Shown here one piece after another: positions 1 to 16,100 of a DNA stretch of 64,000 nt (within the stretch, counting starts at the first letter, position 1; each line of letters opens with the position of its first letter). The DNA lies in the NCBI GenBank assembly GCA_964016885.1, contig CAXHJY010000329.1:95869-159868 (forward strand), in the 5' to 3' direction. The position numbers and the translations under genes were made by a program. The notes beneath the pieces are model-generated. The model searched no databases and was not told the DNA's origin. It was given only the letters and a program-made list of their open reading frames with translations. This stretch comes from Eledone cirrhosa. Its lineage: Eukaryota.

Positions 1-3000
1 GTCAGACACCAGAGTTATGGTTTATACGCCCTGTTATTAGACTATAATATTGGCAGAATGGGTGGAGCGTCAGACAACAGAGTTATGGTTTATACGCCCT
101 GTTATTAGACAATAATATTGGCAGAATGGGTGGAGCGTCACACAACAGAGTTATGGTTTATACGCCCTGTTATTAGACTATAGTATTGGCAGAATGGGTG
201 GAGCGTCAGACAACAGAGTTATGGTTTATACGCCCTGTTATTAGACTATAATATCGGCAGAATGGGTGGAGCGTCAGACACCAGAGTTATGGTTTATACG
301 CCCTGTTATTAGACTATAATATTGGCAGAATGGGTGGAGCGTCAGACAACAGAGTTATGGTTTATACGCCCTGTTATTAGACTATAATATTGGCAGAATG
401 GGTGGAGCATCAGACACCAGAGTTATGGTTTATACGCCCTGTTGTTAGACTATAATATTGGCAGAATGGGTGGAGCGTCAGACACCAGAGTTATGGTTTA
501 TACGCCCTGTTATTAGACTATAATATTGGCAGAATGGGTGGAGCGTCAGACAACAGAGTTATGGTTTATACGCCCTGTTATTAGACTATAATATTGGCAG
601 AATGGGTGGAGCGTCAGACAACAGAGTTATGGTTTATACGCCCTGTTATTAGACTATAATATTGGCAGCATGGGTGGAGCGTCAGACACCAGAGTTATGG
701 TTTATACGCCCTGTTATTAGACTATAATATTGGCAGAATGGGTGGAGCGTCAGACAACAGAGTTATGGTTTATACGCCCTGTTATTAGACTATAATATTG
801 GCAGAATGGGTGGAGCATCAGACACCAGAGTTATGGTTTATACGCCCTGTTATTAGACTATAATATTGGCAGAATGGGTGGAGCATCAGACACCAGAGTT
901 ATGGTTTATACGCCCTGTTGTTAGACTATAATATTGGCAGAATGGGTGGAGCATCAGACACCAGAGTTATGGTTTATACGCCCTGTTATTAGACTATAAT
1001 ATTGGCAGAATGGGTGGAGCATCAGACACCAGAGTTATGGTTTATACGCCCTGTTGTTAGACTATAATATTGGCAGAATGGGTGGAGCGTCAGACACCAG
1101 AGTTATGGTTTATACGCCCTGTTATTAGACTATAATATTGGCAGAATGGGTGGAGCGTCAGACAACAGAGTTATGGTTTATACGCCCTGTTATTAGACTA
1201 TAATATTGGCAGAATGGGTGGAGCATCAGACACCAGAGTTATGGTTTATACGCCCTGTTGTTAGACTATAATATTGGCAGAATGGGTGGAGCGTCAGACA
1301 CCAGAGTTATGGTTTATACGCCCTGTTATTAGACTATAATATTGGCAGAATGGGTGGAGCATCAGACACCAGAGTTATGGTTTATACGCCCTGTTGTTAG
1401 ACTATAATATTGGCAGAATGGGTGGAGCATCAGACACCAGAGTTATGGTTTATACGCCCTGTTGTTAGACTATAATATTGGCAGAATGGGTGGAGCGTCA
1501 GACACCAGAGTTATGGTTTATACGCCCTGTTATTAGACTATAATATTGGCAGAATGGGTGGAGCATCAGACACCAGAGTTATGGTTTATACGCCCTGTTG
1601 TTAGACTATAATATTGGTAGAATGGGTGGAGCGTCAGACACCAGAGTTATGGTTTATACGCCCTGTTATTAGACTATAATATTGGCAGAATGGGTGGAGC
1701 GTCAGACAACAGAGTTATGGTTTATACGCCCTGTTATTAGACTATAATATTGGCAGAATGGGTGGAGCGTCAGACAACAGAGTTATGGTTTATACGCCCT
1801 GTTATTAGACTATAATATTGGCAGAATGGGTGGGGCGTCAGACAACAGAGTTATAGTTTAAACGCCCTGTTATTAGACTATAATATTGGCAGAATGGGTG
1901 GAGCGTCTGACAACAGAGTTATGGTTTATACGCCCTGTTATTAGACTATAATATTGGCAGAATAGGTGGAGCGTCAGACAACAGAGTTATGGTTTATACG
2001 CCCTGTTATTAGACTATAATATTGGCAGAATGGGTGGAGCGTCAGACAACAGACTTATGTTTTATACGCCCTGTTATTAGACTATAATATTGGCAGAATG
2101 GGTGGAGCGGCAGACAACAGAGATATGGTTTATACGCCCTGTTATTAGACTATAATATTGGCAGAATCTGTGGAGCGTCAGACAATAGAGTTATGGTTTA
2201 TACGCCCTGTTATTAGACTATAATATTGGCAGAATGGGTGGAGCGTCAGACACCAGAGTTATGGTTTATACGCCCTGTTATTAGACTATAATATTGGCAG
2301 AATGGGTGGAGCGTCAGACAACAGGTTTATGATTTATACGCCCTGTTATTAGACTATAATATTGGCAGAATGGGTGGAGCGTCAGACAACAGAGTTATGG
2401 TTTATACGCCCTGCTATTAGACAATAATATTGGCAGAATGGGTGGAGCGTCACACAACAGAGTTATGGTTTATACGCCCTGTTATTAGACTATAGTATTG
2501 GCAGAATGGGTGGAGCGTCAGACAACAGAGTTATGGTTTATACGCCCTGTTATTAGACTATAATATCGGCAGAATGGGTGGAGCGTCAGACACCAGAGTT
2601 ATGGTTTATACGCCCTGTTATTAGACTATAATATTGGCAGAATGGGTGGAGCGTCAGACAACAGAGTTATGGTTTATACGCCCTGTTATTAGACTATAAT
2701 ATTGGCAGAATGGGTGGAGCATCAGACACCAGAGTTATGGTTTATACGCCCTGTTGTTAGACTATAATATTGGCAGAATGGGTGGAGCGTCAGACACCAG
2801 AGTTATGGTTTATACGCCCTGTTATTAGACTATAATATTGGCAGAATGGGTGGAGCGTCAGACAACAGAGTTATGGTTTATACGCCCTGTTATTAGACTA
2901 TAATATTGGCAGAATGGGTGGAGCGTCAGACAACAGAGTTATGGTTTATACGCCCTGTTATTAGACTATAATATTGGCAGCATGGGTGGAGCGTCAGACA

Positions 3001-4169
3001 CCAGAGTTATGGTTTATACGCCCTGTTATTAGACTATAATATTGGCAGAATGGGTGGAGCGTCAGACAACAGAGTTATGGTTTATACGCCCTGTTATTAG
3101 ACTATAATATTGGCAGAATGGGTGGAGCATCAGACACCAGAGTTATGGTTTATACGCCCTGTTATTAGACTATAATATTGGCAGAATGGGTGGAGCATCA
3201 GACACCAGAGTTATGGTTTATACGCCCTGTTGTTAGACTATAATATTGGCAGAATGGGTGGAGCATCAGTCACCAGAGTTATGGTTTATACGCCCTGTTA
3301 TTAGACTATAATATTGGCAGAATGGGTGGAGCATCAGACACCAGAGTTATGGTTTATACGCCCTGTTGTTAGACTATAATATTGGCAGAATGGGTGGAGC
3401 GTCAGACACCAGAGTTATGGTTTATACGCCCTGTTATTAGACTATAATATTGGCAGAATGGGTGGAGCATCAGACACCAGAGTTATGGTTTATACGCCCT
3501 GTTATTAGACTATAATATTGGCAGAATGGGTGGAGCATCAGACACCAGAGTTATGGTTTATACGCCCTGTTGTTAGACTATAATATTGGCAGAATGGGTG
3601 GAGCATCAGACACCAGAGTTATGGTTTATACGCCCTGTTGTTAGACTATAATATTGGCAGAATGGGTGGAGCGTCAGACACCAGAGTTATGGTTTATACG
3701 CCCTGTTATTAGACTATAATATTGGCAGAATGGGTGGAGCATCAGACACCAGAGTTATGGTTTATACGCCCTGTTGTTAGACTATAATATTGGTAGAATG
3801 GGTGGAGCGTCAGACACCAGAGTTATGGTTTATACGCCCTGTTATTAGACTATAATATTGGCAGAATGGGTGGAGCGTCAGACAACAGAGTTATGGTTTA
3901 TACGCCCTGTTATTAGACTATAATATTGGCAGAATGGGTGGAGCGTCAGACAACAGAGTTATGGTTTATACGCCCTGTTATTAGACTATAATATTGGCAG
4001 AATGGGTGGGGCGTCAGACAACAGAGTTATAGTTTAAACGCCCTGTTATTAGACTATAATATTGGCAGAATGGGTGGAGCGTCTGACAACAGAGTTATGG
4101 TTTATACGCCCTGTTATTAGACTATAATATTGGCAGAATAGGTGGAGCGTCAGACAACAGAGTTATGGT

Positions 4170-7100
4170 TTATACGCCCTGTTATTAGACTATAATATTG
4201 GCAGAATGGGTGGAGCGTCAGACAACAGACTTATGTTTTATACGCCCTGTTATTAGACTATAATATTGGCAGAATGGGTGGAGCGGCAGACAACAGAGAT
4301 ATGGTTTATACGCCCTGTTATTAGACTATAATATTGGCAGAATCTGTGGAGCGTCAGACAATAGAGTTATGGTTTATACGCCCTGTTATTAGACTATAAT
4401 ATTGGCAGAATGGGTGGAGCGTCAGACACCAGAGTTATGGTTTATACGCCCTGTTATTAGACTATAATATTGGCAGAATGGGTGGAGCGTCAGACAACAG
4501 GTTTATGATTTATACGCCCTGTTATTAGACTATAATATTGGCAGCATGGGTGGAGCGTCAGACAACAGAGTTATGGTTTATACGCCCTGTTATTAGACTA
4601 TAATATTGGCAGAATGGGTGGAGCGTCAGACAACAGAGTTATGGTTTATACGCCCTGTTATTAGACTATAATATTGGCAGAATGGGTGGAGCGTCAGACA
4701 ACAGAGTTATGTTTTATACGCCCTGTTATTAGACTATAATATTGGCAGAATGGGTGGAGTGTCAGACAACAGTGTTATGGTTTATACGCCCTGTTATTAG
4801 ACTATAATATTAGCAGAATGGGTGGAGTGTCAGACAACAGTGTTATGGTTTATACGCCCTGTTATTAGACTATAATATTGGCAGAATGGGTGGAGCGTCA
4901 GGCACCAGAGTTATGGTTTATACGCCCTGTTATTAGACTATAATATTGGCAGAATGGGTGGAGCGTCAGACACCAGAGTTCTGGTTTATGCGCCCTGTTA
5001 TTAGACTATATTATTGGCAGAATGTGTGGAGCGTCAGACAACAGAGTTATGGTTTATACGCACTGTTATTAGACTATAATATTGGCAGAATGGGTGGAGC
5101 GTCAGACACCAGAGTTATGGTTTATACGCCCTGTTATTAGACTATAATATTGGCAGAATGGGTGGAGCGTCAGACAACAGAGTTATGGTTTATACGCCCT
5201 GTTATTAGACTATAATATTAGCAGAATGGGTGGAGCATCAGACACCAGAGTTATGGTTTATACGCCCTGTTATTAGACTATAATATTGGCAGAATGGGTG
5301 GAGCGTCAGACACCAGAGTTATAGTTTATACGCCCTGTTATTAGACTATAATATTGGCAGAATGGGTGGAGCATCAGACACCAGAGTTATGGTTTATACG
5401 CCCTGTTATTAGACTATAATATTGGCAGAATGGGTGGAGCATCAGACAGCAGAGTTATGGTTTATACGCCCTGTTATTAGACTATAATATTGGCAGAATG
5501 GGTGGAGCGTCAGACAACAGAGTTTTGGTTTATACGCCCTGTTATTAGACTATAATATTGGCAGAATGGGTGGAGCGTCAGACAACAGAGTTATGGTTTA
5601 TACGCCCTGTTATTAGACTATCATATTGGCAGAATGGGTGGAGCGTCAGACAACAGAGTTATGGTTTATACGCCCTGTTATTAGACTATAATATTGGCAG
5701 AATGGGTGGAGCGTCAGACACCAGAGTTATGGTTTATACGCCCTGTTATTAGACTATAATATTGGCAGAATGGGTGGAGCGTCAGACAACAGAGTTATGG
5801 TTTATACGCCCTGTTATTAGACTATAATATTCGCAGAATGGGTGGAGCGTCAGACAACAGAGTTATGGTTTATACGCCCTGTTATTAGACTATAATATTG
5901 GCAGAATGGGTGGAGCGTCAGACAACAGAGTTATGGTTTATACGCTCTGTTATCAGACTATAATATTGGCAGAATGGGTGGAGCGTCAGACACCAGAGTT
6001 ATGGTTTATACGCCCTGTTATTAGACTATAATATTGGCAGAATGGGTGGAGCGTCAGACAACAGAGTTATGGTTTATACGCCCTGCTATTAGACAATAAT
6101 ATTGGCAGAATGGGTGGAGCGTCACACAACAGAGTTATGGTTTATACGCCCTGTTATTAGACTATAGTATTGGCAGAATGGGTGGAGCGTCAGACAACAG
6201 AGTTATGGTTTATACGCCCTGTTATTAGACTATAATATCGGCAGAATGGGTGGAGCGTCAGACACCAGAGTTATGGTTTATACGCCCTGTTATTAGACTA
6301 TAATATTGGCAGAATGGGTGGAGCGTCAGACAACAGAGTTATGGTTTATACGCCCTGTTATTAGACTATAATATTGGCAGAATGGGTGGAGCATCAGACA
6401 CCAGAGTTATGGTTTATACGCCCTGTTGTTAGACTATAATATTGGCAGAATGGGTGGAGCGTCAGACACCAGAGTTATGGTTTATACGCCCTGTTATTAG
6501 ACTATAATATTGGCAGAATGGGTGGAGCGTCAGACAACAGAGTTATGGTTTATACGCCCTGTTATTAGACTATAATATTGGCAGCATGGGTGGAGCGTCA
6601 GACACCAGAGTTATGGTTTATACGCCCTGTTATTAGACAATAATATTGGCAGAATGGGTGGAGCGTCAGACACCAGAGTTATGGTTTATACGCCCTGTTA
6701 TTAGACAATAATATTGGCAGAATGGGTGGAGTGTCAGACAACAGTGTTATGGTTTATACGCCCTGTTATTAGACAATAATATTGGCAGAATGGGTGGAGC
6801 GTCAGACACCAGAGTTATGGTTTATACGCCCTGTTATTAGACTATAATATTGGCAGAATGGCTGGAGTGTCAGACACCAGATTTATGGTTTATACGCCCT
6901 GTTATTAGACTATAATATTGGCAGAATGGGTGGAGCGTCAGACACCAGAGTTATGGTTTATACGCCCTGTTATTAGACTATAATATTGGCAGAATGGGTG
7001 GAGTGTCAGACAACAGTGTTATGGTTTATACGCCCTGTTATTAGACTATAATATTGGCAGAATGGGTGGAGCGTCAGACACCAGAGTTATGGTTTATACG

Positions 7101-10100
7101 CCCTGTTATTAGACAATAATATTGGCAGAATGGGTGGAGCGTCAGACAACAGAGTCATAGTTTATACGCCCTGTTATTAGGCTATAACATTGGCAGAATG
7201 GGTGGAGCGTCAGACACCAGATTTATGGTTTATACGCCCAGTTATTAGACTATAATATTGGCAGAATGGGTGGAGCGTCAGACAACAGAGTTATAGTTTA
7301 TACGCCCTGTTATTAGACTATAATATTGGCAGAATGTGTGGAGCGTCAGACAACAGAGTTATGGTTTATACGCCCTGTTATTAGACTATAATATTGGTAG
7401 AATCTGTGGAGCGTCAGACAAAAGAGTTATGGTTTATACGCCCTGTTATTAGACTATAATATTGGCAGAATGGGTGGAGCGTCAGACACCAGAGTTATGG
7501 TTTATACGCCCTGTTATTAGACTATAATATTGGCAGAATGGGTGGAGCGTCAGACACCAGAGCTATGGTTTATACGCCCTGTTATTAGACTATAATATTG
7601 GCAGAATGGGTGGAGCGTCAGACAACAGAGTTATGGTTAATACGCCCTGTTATTAGCCTATACTATTGGCAGAATGGGTGGAGTGTCAGACAACAGTGTT
7701 ATGGTTTATACGCCCTGTTATTAGACTATAATATTGGCAGAATGGGTAGAGCGTCAGACAACAGAATTATGGTTTATACGCCCTGTTATTAGACTATAAT
7801 ATTGGCAGAATTGGTGGAGCGGCAGACAACAGAGATATGGTTTATACGCCCTGTTATTAGACTATAATATTGGCAGAATCTGTGGAGCGTCAGACAATAG
7901 AGTTATGGTTTATACGCCCTGTTATTATACTATAATATTGGCAGAATGGGTGGAGCGTCAGACACCAGAGTTATGGTTTATACGCCCTGTTATTAGACTA
8001 TAATATTGGCAGAATGGGTGGAGCGTCAGACACCAGAGTCATGGTTTATACGCCCAGTTATTAGACTATCATATTGGCAGAAAGGGTGGAGCGTCAGACA
8101 ACAGAGTCATGGTTTATGCGCCCTGTTATTAGACTATAATATTGGCAGAATGGGTGGAGCGTCAGACACCAGAGATATGGTTTATAAGCCCTGTTATTAG
8201 ACTATAATATTGGCAGAATCAGTGGAGCGTCAGACACCAGAGTTATGGTTTATACGCCCTGTTATTAGACTATAATATTGGCAGAATCTGTGGAGCGTCA
8301 GACAACAGAGTTATGGTTTATACGCCCTGTTATTAGACTATAATATTGGCAGAATGGGTGGAGCGTCAGACACCAGAGTTATGGTTTATACGCCCTGTTA
8401 TTAGACTATAATATTGGCAGAATGGGTGGAGCGTTAGACACCAGAGTTATGGTTTATACGCCCTGTTATTAGACTATAATATTGGCAGAATGGGTGGAGC
8501 GTCAGACAACAGAGTTTTGGTTTATACGCCCTGTTATTAGACTATAATATTGGCAGAATGGGTGGAGCGTCAGACAACAGAGTTATGGTTTATACGCCCT
8601 GTTATTAGACTATCATATTGGCAGAATGGGTGGAGCGTCAGACAACAGAGTTATGGTTTATACGCCCTGTTATTAGACTATAATATTGGCAGAATGGGTG
8701 GAGCGTCAGACACCAGAGTTATGGTTTATACGCCCTGTTATTAGACTATAATATTGGCAGAATGGGTGGAGCGTCAGACAACAGAGTTATGGTTTATACG
8801 CCCTGTTATTAGACTATAATATTGGCAGAATGGGTGGAGCGTCAGACAACAGAGTTTTGGTTTATACGCCCTGTTATTAGACTATAATATTGGCAGAATG
8901 GGTGGAGCGTCAGACAACAGAGTTATGGTTTATACACCCTGTTATTAGACTATCATATTGGCAGAATGGGTGGAGCGTCAGACAACAGAGTTATGGTTTA
9001 TACGCCCTGTTATTAGACTATAATATTGGCAGAATGGGTGCAGCGTCAGACAACAGAGTTATGGTTTATACGCCCTGTTATTAGACTATAATATTGGCAG
9101 AATGGGTGGAGCGTCAGACAACAGAGTTATGGTTTATACGCCCTGTTATTAGACTATAATATTGGCAGAATGGGTGGAGCGTCAGACAACAGAGTTATGG
9201 TTTATACGCCCTGTTATTAGACTATAATATTGGCAGAATGGGTGGAGCGTCAGACAACAGAGTTATGGTTTATACGCTCTGTTATCAGACTATAATATTG
9301 GCAGAATGGGTGGAGCGTCAGACACCAGAGTTATGGTTTATACGCCCTGTTATTAGACTATAATATTGGCAGAATGGGTGGAGCGTCAGACAACAGAGTT
9401 ATGGTTTATACGCCCTGCTATTAGACAATAATATTGGCAGAATGGGTGGAGCGTCACACAACAGAGTTATGGTTTATACGCCCTGATATTAGACTATAGT
9501 ATTGGCAGAATGGGTGGAGCGTCAGACAACAGAGTTATGGTTTATACGCCCTGTTATTAGACTATAATATCGGCAGAATGGGTGGAGCGTCAGACACCAG
9601 AGTTATGGTTTATACGCCCTGTTATTAGACTATAATATTGGCAGAATGGGTGGAGCGTCAGACAACAGAGTTATGGTTTATACGCCCTGTTATTAGACTA
9701 TAATATTGGCAGAATGGGTGGAGCATCAGACACCAGAGTTTTGGTTTATACGCCCTGTTGTTAGACTATAATATTGGCAGAATGGGTGGAGCGTCAGACA
9801 CCAGAGTTATGGTTTATACGCCCTGTTATTAGACTATAATATTGGCAGAATGGGTGGAGCGTCAGACAACAGAGTTATGGTTTATACGCCCTGTTATTAG
9901 ACTATAATATTGGCAGAATGGGTGGAGCGTCAGACAACAGAGTTATGGTTTATACGCCCTGTTATTAGACTATAATATTGGCAGCATGGGTGGAGCGTCA
10001 GACAACAGAGTTATGGTTTATACGCCCTGTTATTAGACTATAATATTGGCAGAATGGGTGGAGCGTCAGACAACAGAGTTATGGTTTATACGCCCTGTTA

Positions 10101-13100
10101 TTAGACTATAATATTGGCAGAATGGGTGGAGCGTCAGACAACAGAGTTATGGTTTATACGCCCTGTTATTAGACAATAATATTGGCAGAATGGGTGGAGC
10201 GTCAGACAACAGAGTTATGGTTTATACGCCCTGTTATTAGACTATAATATTGGCAGAATGGGTGGAGCGTCAGACAACAGAGTTATGGTTTATACGCCCT
10301 GTTATTAGACTATAATATTGGCAGAATGGGTGGGGCGTCTGACAACAGAGTTATGGTTTATACGCCCTGTTATTAGACAATAATATTGGCAGAATGGGTG
10401 GGGCGTCTGACAACAGAGTTATGGTTTATACGCCCTGTTATTAGACAATAATATTGGCAGAATGGGTGGAGCGTCAGACAACAGGTTTATGATTTATACG
10501 CCCTGTTATTAGACTATAATATTGGCAGAATGGGTGGAGCGTCAGACAACAGATTTATGGTTTATACGCAGTTATTAGACTATAATATTGGCAGAATGGG
10601 TGGAGCGTCAGACAACAGACTTATGTTTTATACGCCCTGTTATTAGACTATAATATTGGCAGAATGGGTGGAGCGGCAGACAACAGAGATATGGTTTATA
10701 CGCCCTGTTATTAGACTATAATATTGGCAGAATCTGTGGAGCGTCAGACAATAGAGTTATGGTTTATACGCCCTGTTATTAGACTATAATATTGGCAGAA
10801 TGGGTGGAGCGTCAGACACCAGAGTTATGGTTTATACGCCCTGTTATTAGACTATAATATTGGCAGAATGGGTGGAGCGTCAGACAACAGGTTTATGATT
10901 TATACGCCCTGTTATTAGACTATAATATTGGCAGCATGGGTGGAGCGTCAGACAACAGAGTTATGGTTTATACGCCCTGTTATTAGACTATAATATTGGC
11001 AGAATGGGTGGAGCGTCAGACAACAGAGTTATGGTTTATACGCCCTGTTATTAGACTATAATATTGGCAGAATGGGTGGAGCGTCAGACAACAGAGTTAT
11101 GTTTTATACGCCCTGTTATTAGACTATAATATTGGCAGAATGGGTGGAGTGTCAGACAACAGTGTTATGGTTTATACGCCCTGTTATTAGACTATAATAT
11201 TAGCAGAATGGGTGGAGTGTCAGACAACAGTGTTATGGTTTATACGCCCTGTTATTAGACTATAATATTGGCAGAATGGGTGGAGCGTCAGGCACCAGAG
11301 TTATGGTTTATACGCCCTGTTATTAGACTATAATATTGGCAGAATGGGTGGAGCGTCAGACACCAGAGTTCTGGTTTATGCGCCCTGTTATTAGACTATA
11401 TTATTGGCAGAATGTGTGGAGCGTCAGACAACAGAGTTATGGTTTATACGCACTGTTATTAGACTATAATATTGGCAGAATGGGTGGAGCGTCAGACACC
11501 AGAGTTATGGTTTATACGCCCTGTTATTAGACTATAATATTGGCAGAATGGGTGGAGCGTCAGACAACAGAGTTATGGTTTATACGCCCTGTTATTAGAC
11601 TATAATATTAGCAGAATGGGTGGAGCATCAGACACCAGAGTTATGGTTTATACGCCCTGTTATTAGACTATAATATTGGCAGAATGGGTGGAGCGTCAGA
11701 CACCAGAGTTATAGTTTATACGCCCTGTTATTAGACTATAATATTGGCAGAATGGGTGGAGCATCAGACACCAGAGTTATGGTTTATACGCCCTGTTATT
11801 AGACTATAATATTGGCAGAATGGGTGGAGCATCAGACAGCAGAGTTATGGTTTATACGCCCTGTTATTAGACTATAATATTGGCAGAATGGGTGGAGCGT
11901 CAGACAACAGAGTTTTGGTTTATACGCCCTGTTATTAGACTATAATATTGGCAGAATGGGTGGAGCGTCAGACAACAGAGTTATGGTTTATACGCCCTGT
12001 TATTAGACTATCATATTGGCAGAATGGGTGGAGCGTCAGACAACAGAGTTATGGTTTATACGCCCTGTTATTAGACTATAATATTGGCAGAATGGGTGGA
12101 GCGTCAGACACCAGAGTTATGGTTTATACGCCCTGTTATTAGACTATAATATTGGCAGAATGGGTGGAGCGTCAGACAACAGAGTTATGGTTTATACGCC
12201 CTGTTATTAGACTATAATATTCGCAGAATGGGTGGAGCGTCAGACAACAGAGTTATGGTTTATACGCCCTGTTATTAGACTATAATATTGGCAGAATGGG
12301 TGGAGCGTCAGACAACAGAGTTATGGTTTATACACTCTGTTATCAGACTATAATATTGGCAGAATGGGTGGAGCGTCAGACACCAGAGTTATGGTTTATA
12401 CGCCCTGTTATTAGACTATAATATTGGCAGAATGGGTGGAGCGTCAGACAACAGAGTTATGGTTTATACGCCCTGCTATTAGACAATAATATTGGCAGAA
12501 TGGGTGGAGCGTCACACAACAGAGTTATGGTTTATACGCCCTGTTATTAGACTATAGTATTGGCAGAATGGGTGGAGCGTCAGACAACAGAGTTATGGTT
12601 TATACGCCCTGTTATTAGACTATAATATCGGCAGAATGGGTGGAGCGTCAGACACCAGAGTTATGGTTTATACGCCCTGTTATTAGACTATAATATTGGC
12701 AGAATGGGTGGAGCGTCAGACAACAGAGTTATGGTTTATACGCCCTGTTATTAGACTATAATATTGGCAGAATGGGTGGAGCATCAGACACCAGAGTTAT
12801 GGTTTATACGCCCTGTTGTTAGACTATAATATTGGCAGAATGGGTGGAGCGTCAGACACCAGAGTTATGGTTTATACGCCCTGTTATTAGACTATAATAT
12901 TGGCAGAATGGGTGGAGCGTCAGACAACAGAGTTATGGTTTATACGCCCTGTTATTAGACTATAATATTGGCAGCATGGGTGGAGCGTCAGACACCAGAG
13001 TTATGGTTTATACGCCCTGTTATTAGACAATAATATTGGCAGAATGGGTGGAGCGTCAGACACCAGAGTTATGGTTTATACGCCCTGTTATTAGACAATA

Positions 13101-16100
13101 ATATTGGCAGAATGGGTGGAGTGTCAGACAACAGTGTTATGGTTTATACGCCCTGTTATTAGACAATAATATTGGCAGAATGGGTGGAGCGTCAGACACC
13201 AGAGTTATGGTTTATACGCCCTGTTATTAGACTATAATATTGGCAGAATGGCTGGAGTGTCAGACACCAGATTTATGGTTTATACGCCCTGTTATTAGAC
13301 TATAATATTGGCAGAATGGGTGGAGCGTCAGACACCAGAGTTATGGTTTATACGCCCTGTTATTAGACTATAATATTGGCAGAATGGGTGGAGTGTCAGA
13401 CAACAGTGTTATGGTTTATACGCCCTGTTATTAGACTATAATATTGGCAGAATGGGTGGAGCGTCAGACACCAGAGTTATGGTTTATACGCCCTGTTATT
13501 AGACAATAATATTGGCAGAATGGGTGGAGCGTCAGACAACAGAGTCATAGTTTATACGCCCTGTTATTAGGCTATAACATTGGCAGAATGGGTGGAGCGT
13601 CAGACACCAGATTTATGGTTTATACGCCCAGTTATTAGACTATAATATTGGCAGAATGGGTGGAGCGTCAGACAACAGAGTTATAGTTTATACGCCCTGT
13701 TATTAGACTATAATATTGGCAGAATGTGTGGAGCGTCAGACAACAGAGTTATGGTTTATACGCCCTGTTATTAGACTATAATATTGGCAGAATCTGTGGA
13801 GCGTCAGACAAAAGAGTTATGGTTTATACGCCCTGTTATTAGACTATAATATTGGCAGAATGGGTGGAGCGTCAGACACCAGAGTTATGGTTTATACGCC
13901 CTGTTATTAGACTATAATATTGGCAGAATGGGTGGAGCGTCAGACACCAGAGTTATGGTTTATACGCCCTGTTATTAGACTATAATATTGGCAGAATGGG
14001 TGGAGCGTCAGACAACAGAGTTATGGTTAATACGCCCTGTTATTAGCCTATACTATTGGCAGAATGGGTGGAGTGTCAGACAACAGTGTTATGGTTTATA
14101 CGCCCTGTTATTAGACTATAATATTGGCAGAATGGGTAGAGCGTCAGACAACAGAATTATGGTTTATACGCCCTGTTATTAGACTATAATATTGGCAGAA
14201 TTGGTGGAGCGGCAGACAACAGAGATATGGTTTATACGCCCTGTTATTAGACTATAATATTGGCAGAATCTGTGGAGCGTCAGACAATAGAGTTATGGTT
14301 TATACGCCCTGTTATTATACTATAATATTGGCAGAATGGGTGGAGCGTCAGACACCAGAGTTATGGTTTATACGCCCTGTTATTAGACTATAATATTGGC
14401 AGAATGGGTGGAGCGTCAGACACCAGAGTCATGGTTTATACGCCCAGTTATTAGACTATCATATTGGCAGAAAGGGTGGAGCGTCAGACAACAGAGTCAT
14501 GGTTTATGCGCCCTGTTATTAGACTATAATATTGGCAGAATGGGTGGAGCGTCAGACACCAGAGATATGGTTTATAAGCCCTGTTATTAGACTATAATAT
14601 TGGCAGAATCAGTGGAGCGTCAGACACCAGAGTTATGGTTTATACGCCCTGTTATTAGACTATAATATTGGCAGAATCTGTGGAGCGTCAGACAACAGAG
14701 TTATGGTTTATACGCCCTGTTATTAGACTATAATATTGGCAGAATGGGTGGAGCGTCAGACACCAGAGTTATGGTTTATACGCCCTGTTATTAGACTATA
14801 ATATTGGCAGAATGGGTGGAGCGTTAGACACCAGAGTTATGGTTTATACGCCCTGTTATTAGACTATAATATTGGCAGAATGGGTGGAGCGTCAGACAAC
14901 AGAGTTTTGGTTTATACGCCCTGTTATTAGACTATAATATTGGCAGAATGGGTGGAGCGTCAGACAACAGAGTTATGGTTTATACGCCCTGTTATTAGAC
15001 TATCATATTGGCAGAATGGGTGGAGCGTCAGACAACAGAGTTATGGTTTATACGCCCTGTTATTAGACTATAATATTGGCAGAATGGGTGGAGCGTCAGA
15101 CACCAGAGTTATGGTTTATACGCCCTGTTATTAGACTATAATATTGGCAGAATGGGTGGAGCGTCAGACAACAGAGTTATGGTTTATACGCCCTGTTATT
15201 AGACTATAATATTGGCAGAATGGGTGGAGCGTCAGACAACAGAGTTTTGGTTTATACGCCCTGTTATTAGACTATAATATTGGCAGAATGGGTGGAGCGT
15301 CAGACAACAGAGTTATGGTTTATACGCCCTGTTATTAGACTATCATATTGGCAGAATGGGTGGAGCGTCAGACAACAGAGTTATGGTTTATACGCCCTGT
15401 TATTAGACTATAATATTGGCAGAATGGGTGGAGCGTCAGACAACAGAGTTATGGTTTATACGCCCTGTTATTAGACTATAATATTGGCAGAATGGGTGGA
15501 GCGTCAGACAACAGAGTTATGGTTTATACGCCCTGTTATTAGACTATAATATTGGCAGAATGGGTGGAGCGTCAGACAACAGAGTTATGGTTTATACGCC
15601 CTGTTATTAGACTATAATATTGGCAGAATGGGTGGAGCGTCAGACAACAGAGTTATGGTTTATACGCTCTGTTATCAGACTATAATATTGGCAGAATGGG
15701 TGGAGCGTCAGACACCAGAGTTATGGTTTATACGCCCTGTTATTAGACTATAATATTGGCAGAATGGGTGGAGCGTCAGACAACAGAGTTATGGTTTATA
15801 CGCCCTGCTATTAGACAATAATATTGGCAGAATGGGTGGAGCGTCACACAACAGAGTTATGGTTTATACGCCCTGTTATTAGACTATAGTATTGGCAGAA
15901 TGGGTGGAGCGTCAGACAACAGAGTTATGGTTTATACGCCCTGTTATTAGACTATAATATCGGCAGAATGGGTGGAGCGTCAGACACCAGAGTTATGGTT
16001 TATACGCCCTGTTATTAGACTATAATATTGGCAGAATGGGTGGAGCGTCAGACAACAGAGTTATGGTTTATACGCCCTGTTATTAGACTATAATATTGGC